Shown here piece by piece: positions 22,779 to 31,191 of a DNA stretch of 37,362 nt (its first letter is position 1; each line of letters starts with the position of its first letter). Under the pieces are notes generated by a model. The model was given only the letters and a program-made list of their open reading frames with translations, was not told the origin of the DNA and searched no databases. Position numbers and translations under genes: made by a program. Source of the DNA: a virus; IMG/VR virus record IMGVR_UViG_3300045988_106398; one strand, given 5' to 3'.

Positions 22779-23654
22779 CTATAAAAAGTCCTCTATGCTC
22801 ATCTGACCTGGTATGTTTTCATCTTCCATCCACCAAAGGAACACTTCTTCTCCAGACTTCCATTTGCATTCTTTTCCGCGTCTTTTACGCTCTTCCAACA
22901 TCCTGTCAAATGCGTGGATATACAGTTTCTTGTATTCCGGAAAATCCGCAAATTCCTTGTAACGTTTCTTGCTTGCCATTGGGCAACCAATACATCCAAC
23001 TCGATCATATCCACGTTTGTACAAATCGCATACTTCTATATGTTCTGATTCTATGTACTGCCAAATATCTGAATGCGTCCAGTCGATAATTGGATTTACA
23101 ACCATTTTATTCTGTTGCATACAAAGCTCACCCATTCGTCTCTTTGATCCGTTATCGTTCATAAGCATAATAGTAGAAAAAGTCTCATTCTCATTGTAGC
23201 TTTTCCCAAGCTTTTCAAATTCTCCTCTTTCCGCTCTTTTATTCGATTCATCCCACCTTACTCCTGTTGCGATGTATCTATTTTGGCATCCTGTCTCTTT
23301 CAAGACAGAGCGGCAATATCTCACCATTCTTGTAGGTGGCATAAGTTTTTGTGGTATCAATTTCCACATACTTGTTGGTTTTCCTTTGTATGTCGGCATT
23401 TCGATTTCGCATTTAATTCCTTGTAATTCCAATTTTTTTAATACTTCTCTGATATGGTATACTGTCTGTGGCGCATCTGCCGTAGTATGGCTGTTATGTA
23501 CCTCAAACGGGATTCCGGATCTCTTAAATAACTCAAGTATTACATCCGAATCTTTCCCACCGGAATATGTACAGATAAGAGGCTTTCCGTAATGATGCAA
23601 ACTCATTTCAGATGCCATCTTGATTCGTTCTATCGATTTTTGCTCTTTATCCAT
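22779..23654 (-). CDS. PAPS reductase / PP-loop family protein (IbrA/DndC-like)
   Basis: The PP-loop motif CTYSGGKDSD lies near the N-terminus, with a C-terminal Cys cluster (VGCIGCPMA). Confidence 0.8.
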   Translation of the reverse strand: MDKEQKSIERIKMASEMSLHHYGKPLICTYSGGKDSDVILELFKRSGIPFEVHNSHTTADAPQTVYHIREVLKKLELQGIKCEIEMPTYKGKPTSMWKLIPQKLMPPTRMVRYCRSVLKETGCQNRYIATGVRWDESNKRAERGEFEKLGKSYNENETFSTIMLMNDNGSKRRMGELCMQQNKMVVNPIIDWTHSDIWQYIESEHIEVCDLYKRGYDRVGCIGCPMASKKRYKEFADFPEYKKLYIHAFDRMLEERKRRGKECKWKSGEEVFLWWMEDENIPGQMSIEDFL

Positions 23655-23718
23655 TTTTTTCTAAAGGAATCCGACATGTCTTTCCCGGCCGGGGATTCGG
23701 TCTCCTTTCTAAAATTTC

Positions 23719-24198
23719 CTACTCAACTTTCATAAATTTGTTCATAATATGTTCATTTCCTGCTGCCGGAAGGTCTTTCTTAGGCTTGTATGGTTCCGGA
23801 AGTGGACGCCATGCTATAACCTTTCGTTTCACAGCACAATTCCCCTTTTCGCACTTCCATTTTCCATCAATCGTATAAGATGTTCCGGATTTTCGTGTTC
23901 CGTCTTCAAATTCAAAAGTTACATTTACTTTGTCCGACGACTTTTCAAACATTGCATTTGACCACATGTCTGTTCCTTTAAATTTTGCAAATATAGAATC
24001 ATGTTCTTCCGGCAATCCGTCTTCTACCGGAATCCAACCGACATTGCTAGTAACATTCGTATCTCTACAATTCGTCAAATAGTTTCTTATAATCTTAGAG
24101 CAATCATACACTGCACTGTTGTATCCTAAATCGAGGTCACTCTTGACAAATCTATTCTTCTCTTTTATCTCTTCCAAAATCTTCTCTAGTACGTTCAT
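23719..24198 (-). CDS. DUF551-like phage protein
   Basis: GWIPVEDGLPEE ... VIAWRPLPEPY matches the DUF551 pattern. Confidence 0.6.
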   Translation of the reverse strand: MNVLEKILEEIKEKNRFVKSDLDLGYNSAVYDCSKIIRNYLTNCRDTNVTSNVGWIPVEDGLPEEHDSIFAKFKGTDMWSNAMFEKSSDKVNVTFEFEDGTRKSGTSYTIDGKWKCEKGNCAVKRKVIAWRPLPEPYKPKKDLPAAGNEHIMNKFMKVE

Positions 24199-24482
24199 TG
24201 AATCACTCCTTTTCGTTTAAGCCACTGTTTGACACGTTCCGTCCCTATGTATTCCATAATTTCCTCGTCAATTGCATCCATGTGGTAAACTGGATATTCT
24301 TTTTCAGGCTTCTCCCATTCATCTGCCGTACAATCAAAAATCATCACAAATTTATATCCTGTCCCATAATGACTATACAGCCACTCATGGATATTCTGAG
24401 GGTTTGCATCTTTTCCAGATACGCGAATATGAGGGTAAATTCCATATCTGTCTACCTTTTCTTCTTGATTTACTTTCATCAC
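24195..24482 (-). CDS. Hypothetical protein
   Basis: 95-aa ORF, coupled to its neighbours by overlaps. No motif recognised. Confidence 0.55.
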   Translation of the reverse strand: MMKVNQEEKVDRYGIYPHIRVSGKDANPQNIHEWLYSHYGTGYKFVMIFDCTADEWEKPEKEYPVYHMDAIDEEIMEYIGTERVKQWLKRKGVIQ

Positions 24483-25036
24483 TCCACCTCCAACAAATCT
24501 GCATTATCAAAAATATCCTTTTCTCGTGCTTTAACTGTACTCCAATCACAATCGAGTTCTTTTGCTATTTTGTTAATGCTATATCCCTTATCTAGCAACT
24601 CTTTAACATCGCTGATTGAAACATCTTTTCTGTGGAAAGGTTGTCTCGTTCCTTTTCTTGCATGATTCATTTCTAAGAGTCTATCCATCATCTTTTGAGT
24701 AATCTTTTTACCTTTATTATGATTACTGTTATGAACAGAATTTAATACAACAGACAAATTATTTTTAGAAGCATTTAATCTGTTTTCATCAATGTGATGT
24801 ACCGAAAATTCTGTGGGTATTTTAGAATCCAACCAATACATCATTAATAATCTATGAATATGTATTTTATCTTTTCCGATACTTACAGCAGGATATTTCC
24901 CATGCATATAAATATGTTTAACTGAAGTAACTGGTGAATCCGAGTACCATAAAATAGCATTTTCTAATTCTTTATAATCTACAATTGCTTCACAATCATT
25001 TACAAAGTTAATTTTCTTCTGTTTCTTTACCGTCAT
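24479..25036 (-). CDS. HNH homing endonuclease (HNH_3 type) with C-terminal HTH
   Basis: VHHIDENRLNASKNNL..LNSVHNSNH plus YSINKIAKELDCDWSTVKAR. RBS GGAGGTTTAA. Confidence 0.8.
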   Translation of the reverse strand: MTVKKQKKINFVNDCEAIVDYKELENAILWYSDSPVTSVKHIYMHGKYPAVSIGKDKIHIHRLLMMYWLDSKIPTEFSVHHIDENRLNASKNNLSVVLNSVHNSNHNKGKKITQKMMDRLLEMNHARKGTRQPFHRKDVSISDVKELLDKGYSINKIAKELDCDWSTVKAREKDIFDNADLLEVE

Positions 25037-25448
25037 TTAAACCTCCATCAAAAATATTTCCAACCACTTCTACATCTTCCGGCTCAACGGATTCTCCAAA
25101 GAAATGATTGTACATCCAACCTTTCTTGCTTAATACCCAGCTTGCCTTAAAATGATGCCATGATACCATTAATTTTTCATTTTCGCCTATACGCAAAATA
25201 TCATTCTCCCAAATCTTATTGCCGTTCTTATCGGTAAGTCCTGTGTACTGGCAGAGGGTGGTTGGGTCGACTTTATACCATCCTTCAAACCCTATATCAT
25301 TTGAGTATTCTTCCGTATACATCCAAGACTCTTTTAACGGGATTATTATCACTTTGAAATCATCATCTACATCTTCTGATTGCACAAGATTCCCTTCCAC
25401 CCATTCGCCGTTATCCAACCTCTTTGCTTTAAAAAGTATTTCTCGCAT
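25008..25448 (-). CDS. YopX family protein
   Basis: REILFKAKRLDNGEWVEG...YTGLTDKNGNKIWENDIL...VVGNIFD is the characteristic YopX pattern. Confidence 0.8.
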   Translation of the reverse strand: MREILFKAKRLDNGEWVEGNLVQSEDVDDDFKVIIIPLKESWMYTEEYSNDIGFEGWYKVDPTTLCQYTGLTDKNGNKIWENDILRIGENEKLMVSWHHFKASWVLSKKGWMYNHFFGESVEPEDVEVVGNIFDGGLNDGKETEEN

Positions 25449-25464
25449 CTCTACTCACTCCAAT

Positions 25465-25962
25465 CTAATCTTTCATTCCTAATCTTCTGCAAACAGTGTT
25501 ATATCCACAATTTAGTTTTTCAGCAATTTGGTTGATTGTTAACCCTTTGTTCCTAAGAGAAATCACTGTTTCTTTTGTAACATCACTTCTCGAAATAATA
25601 TGTCGCATCCTGTTTCCAAAATTTCTTTTATACTCTTCTGAAACATATTGAACTAAATTATGTTCTTTTGTATGTAACGAATTTTTAATTACTTGAAGAT
25701 TAGAAATATTATTATTTAATTTATTTCCATCAATATGGTGAACGTGAATTTCTGAATCGAAATTAAATCCAACAATATATTTCCCAATTATTCTATGTAC
25801 CGACACCTTGTCATGCTTTATTGAAATTCCAGCATATCCACGATAAAGATAAATTTTGTATTCGTCTTTGGGTGTGATATTTCTTCTACTACATTCTTCT
25901 TTTATTGCTTTTTCTAAAATTGAATAATCTACTATGCAGTTACATGCATTTTCAAATTTCAT
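25465..25962 (-). CDS. HNH homing endonuclease (HNH_3 type) with C-terminal HTH, paralog of 24479..25036
   Basis: VHHIDGNKLNNNISNLQVIKNSLHTKEH plus LTINQIAEKLNCGYNTVCRRL. RBS GGAGGTTTAG. Confidence 0.8.
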   Translation of the reverse strand: MKFENACNCIVDYSILEKAIKEECSRRNITPKDEYKIYLYRGYAGISIKHDKVSVHRIIGKYIVGFNFDSEIHVHHIDGNKLNNNISNLQVIKNSLHTKEHNLVQYVSEEYKRNFGNRMRHIISRSDVTKETVISLRNKGLTINQIAEKLNCGYNTVCRRLGMKD

Positions 25963-26374
25963 CTAAACCTCCGAAATCTAGTCTCTGTCCGCACTCGTCG
26001 CAAAACCTCATATAACTTCTAAGTATTCCTCCACATTTTGGACATTCCCCCACTCTGCATCCAATTGCTCCATTCACCCCGATGATAATCGGTTTCTTCG
26101 CCGTATCCCGTTCCTTCAGCTCCTGCACCTGCTTTAGCAGCTTTGCAGTCTGCGTCTTATCAAAATCATTAATCCGATTGTATTCATTCAAGATATCGCA
26201 GATAAACTTCCCAATTTTACATTCTGAACATATAATTTCTAAAGACTTTCCATCTGCCATGTGCGGATATCGGCACAGATTGTCACAGATATGCTCTGCA
26301 AATTCCGTTGTTATCTTATCCATCTTTGTCTCTTCATCAGTTTTTTCACCGTGATATTCTGTATATCTATCCAT
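25952..26374 (-). CDS. Cys-rich hypothetical protein with C-terminal zinc ribbon
   Basis: CPKCGG..(11)..CDECG. Start reassigned to MDRYTEY, preceded by RBS GGAGGAAAAAC. Confidence 0.6.
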   Translation of the reverse strand: MDRYTEYHGEKTDEETKMDKITTEFAEHICDNLCRYPHMADGKSLEIICSECKIGKFICDILNEYNRINDFDKTQTAKLLKQVQELKERDTAKKPIIIGVNGAIGCRVGECPKCGGILRSYMRFCDECGQRLDFGGLDEI

Positions 26375-26387
26375 GTTTTTCCTCCAC

Positions 26388-26741
26388 TTAATCAACAATC
26401 TCCGATTCCAATTCAACCAGTCTCACAGAATGAATGCACATCAACAGTTCTCTCATGTTAAAAAATTCTGCTTCTATCTGATCTCCAAAATCATCATAAA
26501 ACAAGACACATAGCGTTCCATAACTATCAAATCGGAACCCTTTTTCTTCGTTTTCTGCAAGTTCTTCAAAGAGCTCTTCAATTTCATTCATCTCATCATA
26601 AAGACATACGGTATAAGGTCCATCTGTTCTAACTTCTGTTGTCACATATCGTTTAAGCCCCTCTTCTGCAACTAGCAAAATTTCATACATATATCTATAC
26701 CTTACATTCATGCAACTGGATAATACTTCTGAGCACGTCAA
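26388..26741 (-). CDS. Acidic hypothetical protein (start uncertain)
   Basis: ORF in the early operon. None of the candidate starts has a strong RBS. Confidence 0.5.
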   Translation of the reverse strand: MTCSEVLSSCMNVRYRYMYEILLVAEEGLKRYVTTEVRTDGPYTVCLYDEMNEIEELFEELAENEEKGFRFDSYGTLCVLFYDDFGDQIEAEFFNMRELLMCIHSVRLVELESEIVD

Positions 26742-26771
26742 ACAACTCTGTGTTCTTATTTTCTTGGTCTT

Positions 26772-26933
26772 TTATAAAAACGACTCTACTTTTCCATCAT
26801 CATAAACTCTTCCAACTGATTCCCCGTATGAATGTCCATACCATTCATTTCTTGTATCTAATGTTCCATTTTTCTTTATTGGAATTTCTTTCGGTAATTC
26901 TTCTACCAGTTCAATTTTATATTCATAACTCAT
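26772..26933 (-). CDS. Small hypothetical protein (53 aa, MSYEYKIELVEELPKEIP...)
   Basis: My own translation. Strong RBS AGGAGGAAGAAAGC before the ATG. Confidence 0.5.
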   Translation of the reverse strand: MSYEYKIELVEELPKEIPIKKNGTLDTRNEWYGHSYGESVGRVYDDGKVESFL

Positions 26934-26945
26934 GCTTTCTTCCTC

Positions 26946-27560
26946 CTAAAATTCAAATTTCACTTTCGGCGCTTTCACGAACGTTACACCGCACTCTTTT
27001 TGATTCTCCAGTTCTATTCTCCGTATCGCTTTCTGTATGGCGTTGTCCTTGTCTTTTACGTAAACATATCCATCCGGTGCATACAGACTTTTGACTCTTC
27101 CGTTTATCCTGTCCAAAATCGTCTGATATGCCATGTGGTTCTTGCGTCCCGCTTCTCTCGCAGATTTATAAAAATCAATGATTTCTCCGTTGTTATCAAT
27201 CTTCACAACCGGGAACTCACTACCATTCCACGTACCTGTCATCTTTCCGAGTTCCAAACGAGTGGTGATTCCGATATTGTTCAGTGCATCGTCCGTCAGA
27301 ATCCCATTCTTGTGATACGTCACATAACCTTGTTTCAGTTCTCCGATGAACGTGATCTGCATGAGTTTCATCACAACAACCTCTTTGCAATTCAACTTCA
27401 CTGCTCGTCTTCCGTTGGAGCTCTTAGTGTACGGATGCAGGTCTTTGTATCTGCCATTCTTCAAAGCACGTCTGATATTGCCGAAGTAATTGATCTGATA
27501 CTTTCCGCCGTATCCTGGTATGTCATACCAAGCATTCGGGTTTATCTGCTTGATTCTCAA
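26946..27560 (-). CDS. NUMOD4-type homing endonuclease-like protein
   Basis: WYDIPGYGGKYQINYFGNI is a NUMOD4 motif and YHKNGILTDDALNNI is HNH_3-like. TTG start, preceded by AGAGGAA. Confidence 0.65.
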   Translation of the reverse strand: MRIKQINPNAWYDIPGYGGKYQINYFGNIRRALKNGRYKDLHPYTKSSNGRRAVKLNCKEVVVMKLMQITFIGELKQGYVTYHKNGILTDDALNNIGITTRLELGKMTGTWNGSEFPVVKIDNNGEIIDFYKSAREAGRKNHMAYQTILDRINGRVKSLYAPDGYVYVKDKDNAIQKAIRRIELENQKECGVTFVKAPKVKFEF

Positions 27561-27873
27561 TTAAATTCCTCTTTTCTTCAATCGCTTTGTTGTCAACCTC
27601 CAATAAAGCAGCCTCCAACTTGTCGAAATCGTATCCCCTTGGCAAGAAATTGTTAAATCGATTTCTGTGCTCTGTACCTGCTCTCAATTCTGCAATTGTC
27701 GGCGCGAACTTATTCGCCTTGATGTGGTTTTCAAGCGTTCTCGAAACATCTTCATAGCTTGCATCCTTTAACATCTCATACCACAGATCAAATACTGCTT
27801 GGCTGTCAATCGGAGTATTTGTATATGCTGCCCTTATGGCTTTGACAATGTTCTTAAACTCTTCCCTTGTCAC
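27523..27873 (-). CDS. G39P-like helicase loader/inhibitor family protein (putative)
   Basis: F..IVKAIRAAY.......V..LWYEML.D.SYEDV...L..HI...KFAPTIAEL resembles the Loader_G39P pattern. Follows the replisome organizer. Confidence 0.5.
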   Translation of the reverse strand: MTREEFKNIVKAIRAAYTNTPIDSQAVFDLWYEMLKDASYEDVSRTLENHIKANKFAPTIAELRAGTEHRNRFNNFLPRGYDFDKLEAALLEVDNKAIEEKRNLIENQADKPECLV

Positions 27874-28634
27874 CAGTTATCCACCTCGCTTACTCGGTCG
27901 CGAATCCTCGTCTGAACTATTCCGTTTGCATGCGCCTTGTCGTCATAATTTCCATCCAGTACCTTTGCCATATTACCGTCCATGATCAGCCAGTCGAATG
28001 TAGCGGACCAGTTCCGGTTGTTCTGCCCTTTCAAGAAACTGCTCCCCTCTGCCTTTTTAAACAACATCTGAAAATCACTCAAGGTATAGCCTGTATTCAT
28101 CCTTGCACGGACAGCCTTTTTCCGCCTCTCAGACATGGTCTTCAATGTCGGGTAAGATACACAGATGCTGTTGTACAAGTCGGAAATCGCCGCAAAGTCG
28201 ATTTTTTCTTTAGATACGTTAGTATCTTTCTTTTTATTTTTAGTTTCTGTTTTATATTTATCTATGTCTACGGTTTCTGCTACTTGTTTTACTACCGCTT
28301 CTACTTCGCTTTTTACTACCGTTTCTACTTCGCTTTTTACTACGTTTTTGAAAGTGAAAGGTATTAATCTGTATTTGTTCGGGCTTCCTTTTTTGCCCTT
28401 TTGGTATTCGATTAAACCAGCTTTTAGGAGATCGTCTCGCACCTTTATAAAGGTTGCCTCACGACTCATTTGCATGGCTGCCATCAATCTCAGGTTATCT
28501 ACTGTAACCCACTCAGGCCAGTTACACTTATTAGCCTGGTACATTAATCTGTACCACAGGAGTTGGGCGTCTCTGGTCAAGTAGTTATTTTCGAGCCATC
28601 GTTCGAAGGCGATAATCTCAGCTAAGTAATTCAA
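27870..28634 (-). CDS. Replisome organizer / replication initiation protein (winged-helix N-terminus, conserved phage C-terminus)
   Basis: The N-terminus has a DnaD/organizer-like wHTH (KKGSPNKYRL). The C-terminus F..LY..I....P....MSERRKKAVRARM...FLKG.N.RNW.A.FDWL is Phg_2220_C-like. Internal 24-nt repeats. Confidence 0.7.
   Translation of the reverse strand: MNYLAEIIAFERWLENNYLTRDAQLLWYRLMYQANKCNWPEWVTVDNLRLMAAMQMSREATFIKVRDDLLKAGLIEYQKGKKGSPNKYRLIPFTFKNVVKSEVETVVKSEVEAVVKQVAETVDIDKYKTETKNKKKDTNVSKEKIDFAAISDLYNSICVSYPTLKTMSERRKKAVRARMNTGYTLSDFQMLFKKAEGSSFLKGQNNRNWSATFDWLIMDGNMAKVLDGNYDDKAHANGIVQTRIRDRVSEVDNW
28273..28344. repeat. Three tandem 24-nt repeats inside the replisome organizer gene (candidate origin iterons)
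   Basis: Units at 28273, 28297 and 28321. Units 2 and 3 match at 22/24 (gYttctacttcgctttttactacS). They encode VE.VVKSE repeats. Confidence 0.8.
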
Positions 28635-28642
28635 GCCATCAC

Positions 28643-28951
28643 CTACTTCTTATAAATTTTCATAAAATCATCTAATGTCATTGTTACCTTCCACTTTTCA
28701 CCATTTTTTCTGTGCATTACAACAGGTATTTCTCCATCTTTACTGTCTGAAATCGACTGCTGCATTGCTTTTTCAATATTAAGCGCTTCTACCCGCTTGC
28801 ACTCAATATGTATTCCTGGTATTCCTACAACGTCTGCATCTCCATTAGAACCGCAGTATTGCTGTCCTCTTCGCGCTTCATAGCCATATTCCCTGAGTTT
28901 CTTTGCGAGTTCACGTTCTCCAGATGCTCCTTTTCTTCTGCTATTTGTCAT
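28643..28951 (-). CDS. PD-(D/E)XK Holliday-junction-resolvase-like nuclease
   Basis: RRKGASGERELAKKL...GSNGDADVVG...IECKR follows an Hjc-like catalytic pattern. Confidence 0.6.
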   Translation of the reverse strand: MTNSRRKGASGERELAKKLREYGYEARRGQQYCGSNGDADVVGIPGIHIECKRVEALNIEKAMQQSISDSKDGEIPVVMHRKNGEKWKVTMTLDDFMKIYKK

Positions 28952-29276
28952 TCCGGTTCTTCCTCATTTCCTGTGCATACCATATTTCAAGGCGTTTCAT
29001 TTCGAATGCAACATTCATACACGCCTGCTTACTTTTTAACTTATCTATTCTAGACTTGTTCTGTCTCATATATATTTTATACTCTGCTTCATCTATCTCA
29101 TTTCCCGGAATCGGTCTGTAATACCCGTTCTTTCCGGAAATAATACAGTCACCGTTATGATTTGCATGTTCAATCAATGCTCGCAGTTTTCTGTCAACAT
29201 TCAGATCATCTGGTCTCCCTACCGCGTTTCGATGTCCATCACCAATTCTGTTAAATATCATTTCTGCAAAACTCAT
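28941..29276 (-). CDS. Hypothetical protein
   Basis: Start reassigned to MSFAEMIF, preceded by GGGAGGAGAAAGG. No motif recognised. Confidence 0.55.
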   Translation of the reverse strand: MSFAEMIFNRIGDGHRNAVGRPDDLNVDRKLRALIEHANHNGDCIISGKNGYYRPIPGNEIDEAEYKIYMRQNKSRIDKLKSKQACMNVAFEMKRLEIWYAQEMRKNRNDK

Positions 29277-29400
29277 TGCATCACCCCTTTCTCCTCCCAC
29301 TCAGCATTGTGTAGCAGGAGGTATTTGGCTTACGTTTTGTGATATACTATTCTGCCATGAACGGTTTACGAGTTACTCTATAGCAAAGGATTTTCCCTTA

Positions 29401-29703
29401 CTAACTTCTGTAAAAAAATTCTTGCCGGAACTGTTCTTCTGTTCCGTAGTGTTCCAAATAATACGCTTTGCAGCGTTTCTTTAAATCCTTATCTATCTTT
29501 CCTGCATCTTTCCCTCTATGTACTCCATTTGGATGCAAATCCGGTCTTAACGGAGCAATAAAACCATAATCTTCGCACAAATCTCTCTCGTTTGACGTGT
29601 GCGAGAAAATATGATGTCTTTCCACCCCGTACTGACCGGTATACATACAGTGATCCATATCGTCTGTAAAAATGCTCCATAGCCTTTTAGCCAAAATCCA
29701 CAC
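29401..29703 (-). CDS. Small His/Cys-motif protein (possible HNH-like/Ref-like nuclease), tentative
   Basis: C.YTG....ERHHIF......R...E..G.I.PL...LH..G.H resembles small phage HNH-like proteins. Start is a GTG overlapping the NinB-like stop. Confidence 0.35.
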   Translation of the reverse strand: MWILAKRLWSIFTDDMDHCMYTGQYGVERHHIFSHTSNERDLCEDYGFIAPLRPDLHPNGVHRGKDAGKIDKDLKKRCKAYYLEHYGTEEQFRQEFFYRS

Positions 29704-30262
29704 CGTACCTTTCTTTCAAAATTCTCTTTTCGTCCGGTGATGCAATATCGGCATCCGGCATACCTGCATCTTTGCAACACTGCACTAATCCATCAATCAA
29801 TCTAGCCATTTCTTCTGTGTTGTACGTGTGCGACCCTCTTAGCAATTTGTATGTCCGGTACATAATACCGTCATTTCCCTCTCGGACTTGCGAAGTCGCT
29901 TGTAGGTGGTAGTCTGTTGCGTTCTTGACCTTTTTCTCTGCCTCTTCCGTATCCGGAATCGTGATGTATACTGCTTTATTTCCGAACAGCTCAACTTGTC
30001 CATATCCGCAAAGTAACATATTATGCGCTTCCGGATTTGATAAGCCTATCTTTTTTGCTAATTTGGTAAGCAGTACCCAGTAGTATGCATTTGCATCAAG
30101 ACTTCTCTTGCGCCTGTATGGCTTTATTTCAAGGCTTAACTTCTCGTAGTCCTTAAGTTCTTCGTATGCCTGCCGAAAATCCTCGACAGGCTCAAATAGC
30201 AATATTGGCTTTCCAGTTGCAAAATCAATTATTGGCTGTTTCAATTCCCCTGTAAGTTTCAC
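29687..30262 (-). CDS. NinB/Orf-like recombination mediator (putative)
   Basis: RRKRSLDANAYYWVLL parallels the RNRSLDQNRKLWACL motif of lambda Orf/NinB. Adjacent to the Sak-like annealase. Confidence 0.55.
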   Translation of the reverse strand: MKLTGELKQPIIDFATGKPILLFEPVEDFRQAYEELKDYEKLSLEIKPYRRKRSLDANAYYWVLLTKLAKKIGLSNPEAHNMLLCGYGQVELFGNKAVYITIPDTEEAEKKVKNATDYHLQATSQVREGNDGIMYRTYKLLRGSHTYNTEEMARLIDGLVQCCKDAGMPDADIASPDEKRILKERYGVDFG

Positions 30263-30882
30263 TACTCATCACCGTATTTCTTCTTAATTGCATTCAGCAT
30301 CTTTGCCGCTTCTCCTTCGGTTAAGGTCTCACGCGTCCTTCCATTTCCACAAATCCATGCATCCAAATCGATGCCGTGGGAAATACACAACTTTTCCAAT
30401 GTTTTTATTTTTGCCGCGGAAGCTAGGTTATCCGCTGTTTCCGGGATTTGCGCTTCCATCTTGTTGTATTCTTCCTTAAGCCACAGGTCAAATCCTAACC
30501 CTGTATGTATTGCAACACACTTTACAAATGCCCTGCACATACTGTTCCACACTCTCTGTTGCGACATTGAATTGTCTTTTACTGGATTCGCTCCATTCAT
30601 AACTGGTGTCTGCATCTCATACTCATTACCATCGATAATTACTCGGATACGTGTCTCATAACAGCGATTTGTATTCCCTTTGGAATCTGTAAAAACAGTA
30701 TCAGACATTCTAAGGCTACCACCCGTCTTTTCGTTTGGAATTGGCTCCCAGTATACTCTTGTAGCTCCATTTTTCCGTAACAAATCGATGCACATAGCCC
30801 AATTCAGATATAGCAGCCCATCTCGTTTCTCGCAATATGGCTTCACATCTATTTTCCTAAGCTCATCATAACTTTTAAGCAT
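30262..30882 (-). CDS. Sak-type (Rad52-like, DUF1071) single-strand annealing protein
   Basis: The YLNWAMCIDLLRKNGA...YWEPI pattern. Start reassigned to MLKSYDEL, preceded by GAGGAGGAACAGG. Confidence 0.65.
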   Translation of the reverse strand: MLKSYDELRKIDVKPYCEKRDGLLYLNWAMCIDLLRKNGATRVYWEPIPNEKTGGSLRMSDTVFTDSKGNTNRCYETRIRVIIDGNEYEMQTPVMNGANPVKDNSMSQQRVWNSMCRAFVKCVAIHTGLGFDLWLKEEYNKMEAQIPETADNLASAAKIKTLEKLCISHGIDLDAWICGNGRTRETLTEGEAAKMLNAIKKKYGDE

Positions 30883-31039
30883 CCTGTTCCTCCTCGTATA
30901 TATAGTTTCCCGAGTAAAACCACTCAACAAACTCTTTTTGTAATTCCTCATCCCATTGCATCTGCTCTAATGCATATTGATAAGCGTCACAATCATTTAT
31001 GCATGTTCCTTTCTCTTGTCCGGCAATACCTATGTACAT
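30875..31039 (-). CDS. Small hypothetical protein (54 aa, ...EFVEWFYSGNYIYEEEQDA)
   Basis: My own translation. The start overlaps the upstream stop and the stop overlaps the Sak start. Confidence 0.5.
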   Translation of the reverse strand: MYIGIAGQEKGTCINDCDAYQYALEQMQWDEELQKEFVEWFYSGNYIYEEEQDA

Positions 31040-31191
31040 GCAATCAACTCCTTTAATGCAAATTGTCCGTCTTTTTCCTGCACAAACAGCTGCTTACGTA
31101 GATTTTCTGCCTCCTTGCGCTTTTCCGTGCAGTCACACTTCTCGCCCGGGTCCAAATTTGCCCCGCAACTTTGGCATACATACTTATGCAT
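31030..31191 (-). CDS. Small zinc-ribbon-like protein (53 aa, MHKYVCQSCGANLDPGEKCDC...)
   Basis: My own translation. The ATG overlaps the upstream TAA (ATGCATAA). C..C-(9)-C.C motif. Confidence 0.55.
   Translation of the reverse strand: MHKYVCQSCGANLDPGEKCDCTEKRKEAENLRKQLFVQEKDGQFALKELIACT

Noticed and set aside
23655-23718. Possible terminator or structured element between the DUF551 gene and the PAPS-reductase gene (GAATCC...GGATTC and the palindrome CCCGGCCGGG).
   Set aside because: There is only a 6-bp stem with a long loop and no U-tract. The palindrome cannot form a loop-containing hairpin. The evidence is too weak to call a feature.
28273-28344. Possibility that the 24-nt tandem repeats, the 21-nt repeats at 4195..4278, or the tape measure repeats represent a CRISPR array.
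   Set aside because: The units are contiguous with no spacers, lie in frame inside coding genes, and no cas genes are present. They are coding tandem repeats or iterons.
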